Part shown: in pieces, positions 39,997 through 48,325 of the stretch
How positions within the stretch are numbered: position 1 is the first letter of the stretch
How the letters are laid out: each line of letters starts with the position of its first letter
Source: an uncultured Clostridia bacterium
Lineage (GTDB): Bacteria > Bacillota > Clostridia > Christensenellales > UBA1242
NCBI GenBank assembly: GCA_944383245.1
Contig: CALWOU010000003.1
Span: 96 to 64,095 of the forward strand
DNA length: 64,000 bases
Reading direction: 5' to 3'
Program-made: the position numbers and the translations under genes
The notes under the pieces: model-generated
The model's input: only the letters and a program-made list of their open reading frames with translations
What the model was told of the DNA's origin: nothing
Databases searched by the model: none

Positions 39997-42496
39997 TTGT
40001 TAAACCACCATCTTCATCAATTTTAATTGCTGAGATTTCTTTTAATTCTGAAATTTTTTCCATACGTTTTTCATCATTGCCTGCCCAATAAATATCGTAA
40101 ACTGCCAAATATTCCGGACTGCAATATCGCTTAATAAATTCTCTGCAAGCGCCAACCTGTTCATTAGAGGCATCTAAAAGCCCTGCCATAGTTGCAAATT
40201 TTTCGTTAATATCTCGCGGAAGTTCAACTTGAGAATACCTTTGCTCAACAACTTCTTCAACTGTGATTGTTGGATGATTATAATAATCAAAAAATTCTTC
40301 TGCCCATTCATCTCTAAGTTTAGAATTAAGCGAAACTTTTAATAATTTTTCAACGTCTTTTCCTACAAATTTGCCATTTTTTAAATCTTCTTCAAAAGCA
40401 TAAAGAGTGTTAGATATTGAAGACCAACCACGAGGGTCGTTTGTTCTTCCACGGCAACCATTTTGGTCGAGATTATCTTCGCCGACTTCTGGTTCTTCAT
40501 AGAAATATCCCATACGTTCTATTTTCTCGCTATGCCTATTCTCTTGATATTTCGAGAAAATATAACCAATAACTGATGGATGCAGTTTTTCAGGAATTGC
40601 ATACTCATAAATCCATTCGCCAACCTTTGGTTGCATATCTAAAATATGGTCAAATCTCTTTTCAAGAGGTTCTGCTAAATCTTCGGCAACTTGAGAATAC
40701 TTCTTTTGGTTTCCTGTTGCAACCACAACTGTGTTTGCAGGAAGTTTTAAACCCTTTCCTGTTTCAACAAGTTTGTTAAGAACAAGAGTGTAGACGAGTG
40801 ATTGAACAGCAGGTTTAACGTTTAAAAGTTCATCAAGCATAATAACGACTTTATTATCCGCTGTTTTAGACCTTTCATAGATTGTATCTGCCAAATCATA
40901 AAGATTTTGAACATTTTCCTGTATAAGTTTTTTCTCTTCGTCTGTAGCGCAAGATAAAAATGCTTGTTTTGCAAAATCTGGCGGAATTGCTTGACCTGTT
41001 TGCAGATTCATAGACCCAACAACCTTTTCAGGGAACATATTGTTTGTAAGTTTTATATAAATCAAATCTGGATATAACTTTTTAATTCTTTCCGTTTTAC
41101 CAATTCCAGAAGGACCACGAAGCAAAACAGATTGCCCAGCATCAATCCAACTTTTAATCATTTCAGTGTCCGTCATTCTTCTTCGTTCTCTAGCAGGTGT
41201 TTGGTCTGGATTCAATTTTTCAAGCCTTGTTCTGCGAACTAGTGATTCTTTTCTAGGTTCTGGCTTTGGCTTTTCTTGACTTACCGCTTTAGGTTCTTTT
41301 CGTTCCTCTTTAGGCTTTTCTACCTCAACTTTAGGCTCTTCTTTAACATCCTTTAATTTTTCCTCTGCTTTCTGCTCTTCTTGAGTTTCAACTTTAGATT
41401 CTTGTTTATTTTCTTCTGAAACGCTATTTGTGTGAGTAAAAGAGATTCCAAATGCTTCTTGCAAAAAACCTTTACCTTTAAAATTGAAATTCGTCCATCC
41501 TTTATATGCCTTATTTCCGTTTCCGTTATCTATTTCTTCATATATATCGTAACCATTGAAATATGCTCTTATAAGGCTATTTTGCCACATTTCAAGCCTT
41601 CTTATTTCATTAAGACTAAGGAAGTCTATTGTAGGAGCAAAAGGAATTCCTGATAAAAGTGCATCTTCTGATGTTACGAACATAGTTTTAGCAGTTCCAT
41701 TTCCATTTGGATTGAGCTCTTTTGGAAGGTCATCCCAATTTCTTATCTGCCATTTTATTGGTTGAACCTTTGTCCATATAGGAGTTCCGGTTTTTGGAGC
41801 TTTCGTTTTGTCTTTGTATTGAGGTTTATTGCCATATCTTGTTGAAATAACTCTGACATACTTTTTCCCATTATATTCAAATTCTTGGTTTTGCTGAAAA
41901 CTGCCATCCTTTTTTAGATATCCTGTGTAGGTTTTACCTGTTGGAGTTAACTTGTTATCTTTAAAAAGTTGCTCAAGTATTTTGCTTTCTTTTGCTTTAT
42001 CTTGTGGATATGAGCCAAACTCAATTGTGTAATACTGAACGCGTCCATCCTTATCCTTAACAGGTTCAATTTTAAAATTGCGTGAATTACTTCTTGCCGA
42101 TATTACAGATTCTATATTTAGATGCATCGCTGGATTTAACCCATAGCAACAGGTATCATGACGCACACCAAAATACCTATCAAGACTACCTGTGTCTGCC
42201 ACAACACAAATACCACCATTATATGCACCTGTGCGTAAATCATAGCTTACTGCTCTTCTATTTTTAAATCCTGCAAGTCCTTCCAATATCGAATCGACAT
42301 TCGCACCATTCATAACAGCATAATCTGATGGATATAAATATCTCCACTCCCACCCAAATGCCCGATCCGGATACATATCAGAATATGCTGGTAAAAATAC
42401 ATAATCTTGGGTATTAAAAGTAGGATTACCTGATTCACCATTTGTGTCTGTGTTGTCAAGACTGGTTCTAACAATAAAATCTTTTAAATCTGCCAT
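39989..42496 (-). CDS. AAA+ (MoxR/AAA_5-like) ATPase fused to a large N-terminal non-ATPase region
   Basis: Start at 'MADLKDF' (ATG 42496, AAGGAAG RBS). Walker A 'LLRGPSGIGKTERI', Walker B 'VVIMLDELLNV', 'VVVATGNQ', 'EPLEKRFDHI'. N-terminal ~350 aa then a K/E/P-rich linker. Confidence 0.8.
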   Translation of the reverse strand: MADLKDFIVRTSLDNTDTNGESGNPTFNTQDYVFLPAYSDMYPDRAFGWEWRYLYPSDYAVMNGANVDSILEGLAGFKNRRAVSYDLRTGAYNGGICVVADTGSLDRYFGVRHDTCCYGLNPAMHLNIESVISARSNSRNFKIEPVKDKDGRVQYYTIEFGSYPQDKAKESKILEQLFKDNKLTPTGKTYTGYLKKDGSFQQNQEFEYNGKKYVRVISTRYGNKPQYKDKTKAPKTGTPIWTKVQPIKWQIRNWDDLPKELNPNGNGTAKTMFVTSEDALLSGIPFAPTIDFLSLNEIRRLEMWQNSLIRAYFNGYDIYEEIDNGNGNKAYKGWTNFNFKGKGFLQEAFGISFTHTNSVSEENKQESKVETQEEQKAEEKLKDVKEEPKVEVEKPKEERKEPKAVSQEKPKPEPRKESLVRRTRLEKLNPDQTPARERRRMTDTEMIKSWIDAGQSVLLRGPSGIGKTERIKKLYPDLIYIKLTNNMFPEKVVGSMNLQTGQAIPPDFAKQAFLSCATDEEKKLIQENVQNLYDLADTIYERSKTADNKVVIMLDELLNVKPAVQSLVYTLVLNKLVETGKGLKLPANTVVVATGNQKKYSQVAEDLAEPLEKRFDHILDMQPKVGEWIYEYAIPEKLHPSVIGYIFSKYQENRHSEKIERMGYFYEEPEVGEDNLDQNGCRGRTNDPRGWSSISNTLYAFEEDLKNGKFVGKDVEKLLKVSLNSKLRDEWAEEFFDYYNHPTITVEEVVEQRYSQVELPRDINEKFATMAGLLDASNEQVGACREFIKRYCSPEYLAVYDIYWAGNDEKRMEKISELKEISAIKIDEDGGLTND

Positions 42497-42754
42497 ATTT
42501 AATCTTCCTTTATATGTACATAATAACACGGTTTTAGCAAAATTGCAATACCCATTTTTAATAAAACTTAATAATATATATAATATCTACACAAATAAAC
42601 ATATCTCAATCACAAATATAGTTTGCAAAGCATTAATAAAATTAAAAAGAAAAATATGTGATAATGAAGTGAGCCCCTATGAGGTTTACTTCAATAAGTG
42701 AATTCAATCTCTGCAAAAGTCATAATAAATTCATTTTTTGTGTAAAATTCGAGC

Positions 42755-42790
42755 ATTTTTGCAAAAAGTGGTTCCACTTTTTGCAAAAAT
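42755..42790. repeat. perfect 36-nt palindrome (17-bp arms, 2-nt centre)
   Basis: 'atttttgcaaaaagtgg tt ccactttttgcaaaaat'. Confidence 0.9.
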
Positions 42791-43020
42791 CATTGACTTT
42801 CTGCTTTTTTTAAAAATTTTGGTTTAGATATTATGTTAATTAAAAAAATGTTAAATTGAAAAACTAGTTTAACTAGTTTAAGATGTTGATATTAAGATAT
42901 AATGTAAAAATTAAAAGTAAATTTAAATTTTGTGCCTAATTTGTGCCTAAAAAAATTAGAAACACAATATATAGCGCATTGTAAATGAAAAATACCACCA
43001 TATTTGGTGGCATTTTTGTT

Positions 43021-43108
43021 TGGCGCAGAGAGAGGGATTTGAACCCCCGGATGCTTTCACATCGGCAGTTTTCAAGACTGCTGTATTCGACCACTCTACC
43101 ATCTCTGC
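43021..43108 (-). tRNA. tRNA-Ser (anticodon UGA), CCA encoded
   Basis: The minus strand reads 'gcagagatggtagagtggtcgaatacagcagtcttgaaaactgc cgatgtgaaagcatc cgggggttcaaatccctctctctgcgcca'. 7-bp acceptor stem, anticodon loop 'cuUGAaa', long variable arm, T-loop 'gttcaaatc'. Confidence 0.9.
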
Positions 43109-43598
43109 ATAATCGATTTTTTTATTGTGGAAATTAGTTGGCTGTGCTAGTTAAATGCGATACATTTTTTTATTAAAACATAATTAAATTATTTGTGTGA
43201 CTTATGCAATAAATTATGAGTTTAGGTCTAACTACATTTTATTGTTATAATCTCACAAAATTTGTTTACAAACTAAATTATATTTAATTAATTATGTAAA
43301 AACATAACTAACGCATTGTTATGTTAACATAAAATTTTTGTTTTGGCAAGTATTTTATGTAAAATTATTGTTATTTTTTTGTTTTTTATTAAGTTTTGTT
43401 AAAAATTTAGTGAAATTTATTTAAAATATTTGAAACTTTTATTTAATGCATTAAAATTATGAAAAATTTATATATGCGTTAAAAATGTGAAAAATTTGAT
43501 ATAGCACGATAAAAATTTAATGTTTAAATTAAAAAATATGTGAAATTTTATTATCAAATACATTTTACAAGTTTATTTAAATATAGTATAATAATATT

Positions 43599-44102
43599 AT
43601 GAAGAAAATTAATAGTGAAGTTAGAAAATCTTTGATAATCAGTTTGGTTATATCTATTTTATTCGTGGTTGGCATTCCAATGATTCCTATTTTCGCGGGC
43701 AAAAATTGGGTGCTTATGGCAATTGGAATTGTGTTTGTTGTGGTTGGATTTTATGGTATGCCACTTTTGTGGATATCTTATGCTAATAAAAAGCGCACAA
43801 GGCGAGTAATTCAAGCGGTGGAAGAAGAAAATTTATACTCAAATCAAGATATTGCAATGCAACTTCAAATGAAAGAAAAAGAAGTATACTCTGAAATCAC
43901 AAAAGCAATCAACAAAGGTTATTTAAAAGGTTATCTATATAACGGTAAAGAACTCACAATTAACAACGCTAAAAAGCAAACAAAGGAAGAAAAATTGACC
44001 ATTAAAAAGTGCAACAACTGCGGTGGAAAACTCGAAAAAACAGATTCTGGCTACCACTGCCCTTACTGTGATATGAATTTCACAAAAGACGAAATCGCCT
44101 AA
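43599..44102 (+). CDS. two-TM protein with C-terminal zinc ribbon
   Basis: Two TM helices, then 'CNNCGGKLEKTDSGYHCPYCD'. Confidence 0.6.
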   Translation: MKKINSEVRKSLIISLVISILFVVGIPMIPIFAGKNWVLMAIGIVFVVVGFYGMPLLWISYANKKRTRRVIQAVEEENLYSNQDIAMQLQMKEKEVYSEITKAINKGYLKGYLYNGKELTINNAKKQTKEEKLTIKKCNNCGGKLEKTDSGYHCPYCDMNFTKDEIA

Positions 44103-44347
44103 CATCAACACTTATATACTTAAATATACATACTTTCATAAATGTATATTAACCTATTATTTATTGATTGGTATAATTTTAAATTTAAATTGTGCAATAT
44201 AAAAAATTATTTATAATAAATTAAGTAAAATTTAATAAATTTATGTTTGTTGTTTGACTTTTTTTTACAAATTAACTAGACTAAAAGTAATATAGCCTAG
44301 TTTTTTTACTTTTTGTGTTTTATTTAGGTGAAATCGAAGGAGGAAAA

Positions 44348-46399
44348 ATGAACAAAATTTACGAACCACTTTTTACACCTTGGAAGATTAAAAATGTGGA
44401 AATCAAGAATAGGATAGTTTTGTGTCCTATGGGTGGAACGAGCATTTTCGGTTGGATGGAGCCACATCACTTTGATAAAGACGCGGCAGATTTCTTTATG
44501 GATTTAGCGCGCCACGATGTTGGTCTTGTCATCCCTGGTATTGCCCCACTAAGAAATATGATTGGCAACGGTTGGTTGTATAAGGCAAAAGGCGCATTTA
44601 AAAAACTCAAAGCATATATGGAAGAATTCCACAAAACTGGCGCAAAAATGTTTATTCAATTGACTGCTGGATTTGGTAGGTCATTTACTATTCCTGATTC
44701 AATGAAAGGAATTGCTAAAAATAAATTTATGCGCGGGCTTATTAAACCTATTATTGATATTGATAGGCTCACCGCATCACCTAGCGAGTTACCTTCTCGT
44801 TGGCTTGACGGTTACACAACGCGCGAAATCACAGTGAAAGAAATTCAAAAGATTGTTGAGGCTTTTGCTCGCACTGCAAAAATGTGCAAAGATGCGGGTG
44901 TGGACGGAGTTGAAGTTCACGCAGTTCATGAAGGTTATCTTCTCGACCAATTCACAACTGAATACACCAATCAACGTCTAGACGAATATGGTGGAAATTT
45001 TGAAAATCGTTTCCGTTTTGCCACCGACGTGGTTAAAGCAATCAAAAAAGAATGCGGGGAGGACTACCCTGTTAGCCTTAGATATTCAGTTACAAGTAAA
45101 ACTAAAAACTTCCAAGAAGGCGCTGTTCCTGGCGAAGAATTTAAAGAAATCGGACGAACTATGGAAGAAAGCGAGCGCGCTGCAAAGTATTTGCAAGACG
45201 CAGGTTATGATATGTTAAATGCAGACAATGGCACATATGACGCGTGGTATTGGGCTCATCCACCAGAGTATATGCCACTAAATTGCAATTTATCTGATGT
45301 TGAACATATTAAAAAGTTTGTTGATATTCCTGTTGTATGCGCAGGAAGAATGACTCCTGAAGTTGCCTCAAAATCTATTAAAGCGGGCAAAATTGACGGA
45401 ATGGGTGTGGCGCGTCAATTCTTAACTGACAGCCATTGGGTTACAAAACTTAAAGAAGATAGAATTGAAGATATTATGCCTTGTATTTGTTGCCACAATG
45501 CCTGCTTTCCTATGGCGCACTATAAAGGTGTTGCGTGCGACGTGCCTATGGCGGACTCAATTCATATGTCGCGCTGTGCACTTAATCCTCAAACTATGGA
45601 CGGCGGAAAGCACGACTTAAAACCTGCTAAAAAACCTAAACACATTGCTATTATCGGCGGCGGTATTGGTGGTATGGAAGTGGCGCGCGTTGCCACTATG
45701 CGTGGTCACACTGCCACAATCTACGAAAAAACTGATAAACTTGGCGGAGTGTTTATTCCTGCGGCTGCTCCAAGTTTCAAAGAAAAAGACAAAATGTTAT
45801 TAAAATGGTATTCTCGCCAAATGGAAAAACTAGGTATTGAAATTAAATACAACACTGAAATTAAAGATTTATCTCAAATTGAGGCAGACGAAATTGTTAT
45901 TGCAACAGGTTCGGTTAAGAGAAATTTAAATGTTTCGGGTGCTGAACGCGCAATTGACGCAATTGATTATCTTAACGGAAAAGAAGTTGGAGATAGTGTT
46001 GTGGTTATTGGTGGCGGACTAACTGGTTGTGAAATTGCGTACGATTTAATTTTAAAAGGGAAAAATCCTATCATTGTTGAGGCTAAAAACGATTTAATGG
46101 CAGTTCAAGGTTTGTGCCTTGCAAACTCTTCTTACTTGCGTGATTATTTCAAGTATAAAAAGACACCTGTATATTTAGAGAGTTCGGTTGAAAGCATTGA
46201 AAAATCAAGTATTACAATTAAGTTAAAAGACGGAGAAACTAAAAAAGTTAAAGCAGATGATGTTATTCTTGCAATTGGATACAACCCTAACCCACTTGCC
46301 AAAGAAAGCAAACATGTTCACATTGTTGGCGACGCACTAAAAGTTGGAAACCTTCGCACTGTTATTTGGCGCGCGTGGGACGTTGCTGAAAAATTGTAA
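44348..46399 (+). CDS. NADH:flavin oxidoreductase of the 2,4-dienoyl-CoA reductase/enoate reductase family (OYE TIM barrel + Fe-S + FAD/NAD Rossmann)
   Basis: Start at 'MNKIYEPLF' after GGAGG. 'VEVHAVHEGYLLDQF', 'CICCHNAC', 'IAIIGGGIGGME', 'VVVIGGGLTGCE'. Confidence 0.85.
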   Translation: MNKIYEPLFTPWKIKNVEIKNRIVLCPMGGTSIFGWMEPHHFDKDAADFFMDLARHDVGLVIPGIAPLRNMIGNGWLYKAKGAFKKLKAYMEEFHKTGAKMFIQLTAGFGRSFTIPDSMKGIAKNKFMRGLIKPIIDIDRLTASPSELPSRWLDGYTTREITVKEIQKIVEAFARTAKMCKDAGVDGVEVHAVHEGYLLDQFTTEYTNQRLDEYGGNFENRFRFATDVVKAIKKECGEDYPVSLRYSVTSKTKNFQEGAVPGEEFKEIGRTMEESERAAKYLQDAGYDMLNADNGTYDAWYWAHPPEYMPLNCNLSDVEHIKKFVDIPVVCAGRMTPEVASKSIKAGKIDGMGVARQFLTDSHWVTKLKEDRIEDIMPCICCHNACFPMAHYKGVACDVPMADSIHMSRCALNPQTMDGGKHDLKPAKKPKHIAIIGGGIGGMEVARVATMRGHTATIYEKTDKLGGVFIPAAAPSFKEKDKMLLKWYSRQMEKLGIEIKYNTEIKDLSQIEADEIVIATGSVKRNLNVSGAERAIDAIDYLNGKEVGDSVVVIGGGLTGCEIAYDLILKGKNPIIVEAKNDLMAVQGLCLANSSYLRDYFKYKKTPVYLESSVESIEKSSITIKLKDGETKKVKADDVILAIGYNPNPLAKESKHVHIVGDALKVGNLRTVIWRAWDVAEKL

Positions 46400-46575
46400 T
46401 GTTTTGTAGTTTAATAAATTTTAATTTTAATTTTTAGTTATGTAAAAATAATTATAACTTCTTACCTCATTAAAATTGCTTGTAACTTTATAAATAAAGA
46501 AATTTAAAAATTTTGAAAATTTTTTAAAAGTGTGAGTTGTGTAATTATAAAATATAAAATCATAATTAAATAATC

Positions 46576-46607
46576 AAAACCACTAAACTAAAATTTGGTG
46601 GTTTTTT
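46576..46607 (+). terminator. rho-independent terminator
   Basis: 'aaaaccac'...'gtggtttt' followed by a T-run. Confidence 0.6.
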
Positions 46608-46608
46608 A

Positions 46609-46648
46609 TGTTTTAGTATTGACAAATTGCTATTTTATGATACAATTT
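46609..46648 (+). promoter_or_regulatory. 40-nt promoter module, copy 1 (TTGACA-16-TGaTACAAT)
   Basis: 'tgttttagtattgacaaattgctattttatgatacaattt', identical to 47237-47276. Confidence 0.7.
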
Positions 46649-46663
46649 TGATAGGAGTAAATT

Positions 46664-47146
46664 ATGTCTATAAAAACACCTAATAATTTAAATACCTCTT
46701 TGTTTAAATATTTCCGTCAAAATAGCCACATTAGAAAACCTCAAGCAATCTATTTTAATAATAATTTTATCTATACAACTGACCCAAAACTTTTTAACTA
46801 TCTCTATGAAGTAGGTGCAAAGTACCCTTATGATGACAATATAAGAAAATTTTCTGATTGCACTTTGTTTTTAAAATATAGATTAAGCCCTCAAACTGAA
46901 AATGAATTTTACACTGCTTGCACGTTAATTTCAGGCGATGATCCAAATAAATTAACATTTCTTCTTAATCATATCTTAATAGAATATGTAGAAAACAACA
47001 GAGATGATTGCTTAAACCTAGAAATTATACTAAAAATTCCACGCAAAGTTAGATTAAATAAAACACTATCTAGCAAAGATGAAATTTTAAATATATGTGA
47101 TGACATTAAAAATTCGTTATTAACGTCTAATGAAGTGAATTTATAA
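46664..47146 (+). CDS. hypothetical protein (160 aa), paralog A
   Basis: Intact ORF with AGGAG RBS. Weak collinear similarity to the 47304 gene. Confidence 0.6.
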   Translation: MSIKTPNNLNTSLFKYFRQNSHIRKPQAIYFNNNFIYTTDPKLFNYLYEVGAKYPYDDNIRKFSDCTLFLKYRLSPQTENEFYTACTLISGDDPNKLTFLLNHILIEYVENNRDDCLNLEIILKIPRKVRLNKTLSSKDEILNICDDIKNSLLTSNEVNL

Positions 47147-47152
47147 CAAATA

Positions 47153-47187
47153 AACACTAAATTATAAAAAATTTAGTGTTTTTTTAT
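47153..47187 (+). terminator. rho-independent terminator
   Basis: 'aacactaaatt'...'aatttagtgtt' followed by a T7 run. Confidence 0.8.
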
Positions 47188-47236
47188 TTAATTGTTACGT
47201 AAATTTAAGAAAATTATCAAAAAAAGATAAAGTTTT

Positions 47237-47276
47237 TGTTTTAGTATTGACAAATTGCTATTTTATGATACAATTT
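47237..47276 (+). promoter_or_regulatory. 40-nt promoter module, copy 2
   Basis: Perfect copy of 46609-46648. Confidence 0.7.
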
Positions 47277-47303
47277 GTAGAAATGATTTATGAAGGAGAA
47301 AAA

Positions 47304-47783
47304 ATGGCTAAAAGTTTAATTTTAAAAGTTTATAACAAATTTTGCAAGGAAGATCGCAAAAAAAATCCTGTTGCAATATCTAATAAAAGTTCGGTTGTGT
47401 ACACAAATGATGACGCATTATATAGAGATTTATTTATGAGAGATTATAGATATACGGAATTTCCAATCAAAAAAGAAAGTCGCAAATTTAGCGCTGTAAT
47501 AAAATATTTTGTTCCATCCATTGAAAACGATTACTATAAAATGAAAAGAACTATGATTTTTACTGATGATAATTTTGTTTTATTGAATATGTTGTATGAA
47601 ATTATCAATAACTCAATTTCTTTAAAGGACGAATATTATTCTGATGTTCAATTAGATTTATTCGGTGGCGAAAATTCAAGGCTATCAACCACGGTTAAAA
47701 CTAAAGAAGATCTAAAAATTTTAAAGCAAGCAGTTAAACATACATTAATGTTAGATTCTAGTTCTAAATTTGTTAAACAATAA
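47304..47783 (+). CDS. hypothetical protein (159 aa), paralog B
   Basis: Start at 'MAKSLILK' after GAAGGAGA. Confidence 0.6.
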   Translation: MAKSLILKVYNKFCKEDRKKNPVAISNKSSVVYTNDDALYRDLFMRDYRYTEFPIKKESRKFSAVIKYFVPSIENDYYKMKRTMIFTDDNFVLLNMLYEIINNSISLKDEYYSDVQLDLFGGENSRLSTTVKTKEDLKILKQAVKHTLMLDSSSKFVKQ

Positions 47784-47852
47784 TGTTTAATAAGTTTATT
47801 AAAATATTTAACAGAAGATAAAATAGATATTTGCATTTTCAAAAGGAGAAAT

Positions 47853-48215
47853 ATGGACAAGAGAGCCTGTACATTCACAATCGCAGAATTAGTTGCTAGT
47901 TATATGATAAACAACAACACGCAAACTGTGACAATTAATCAATTAAAAAATTATTTCATTGTTTTAAAGAGTATGTGCGACAAAAATAAAAATGTAGTAT
48001 TAAACATTAATTTTAGTAATAAATTTTTAAATAATTTTAAAGATTATTATAGCGATTTATTTGATGTTAGCCCTGAGGTTATTAACCTCAAATCTGGTGT
48101 AAGTTTAGATGATTTGAGGACGAACATATTAGCATATATAACTCATTATCAATTAGTTTTATTATTGGATACATTACCTAAAAACAATTCAATTAATGAA
48201 ATTAAAACAATTTAA
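47853..48215 (+). CDS. hypothetical protein (120 aa)
   Basis: AAGGAGA RBS. Probably co-transcribed with paralog B. Confidence 0.55.
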   Translation: MDKRACTFTIAELVASYMINNNTQTVTINQLKNYFIVLKSMCDKNKNVVLNINFSNKFLNNFKDYYSDLFDVSPEVINLKSGVSLDDLRTNILAYITHYQLVLLLDTLPKNNSINEIKTI

Positions 48216-48274
48216 ATGTGGCTGTATAAACCTTTAAATCACTTTAAAATTTTTAGTTTTAAAAAAATAAAACA

Positions 48275-48322
48275 AGGCAATTGAAGTTACAAAATTTTGT
48301 TACCTCAAACTGCCTTTTTTTT
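48275..48322. terminator. bidirectional terminator
   Basis: An imperfect long hairpin 'aggcaattgaagttac...gttacctcaaactgcct' with flanking A and T runs. Confidence 0.6.
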
Positions 48323-48325
48323 GAA

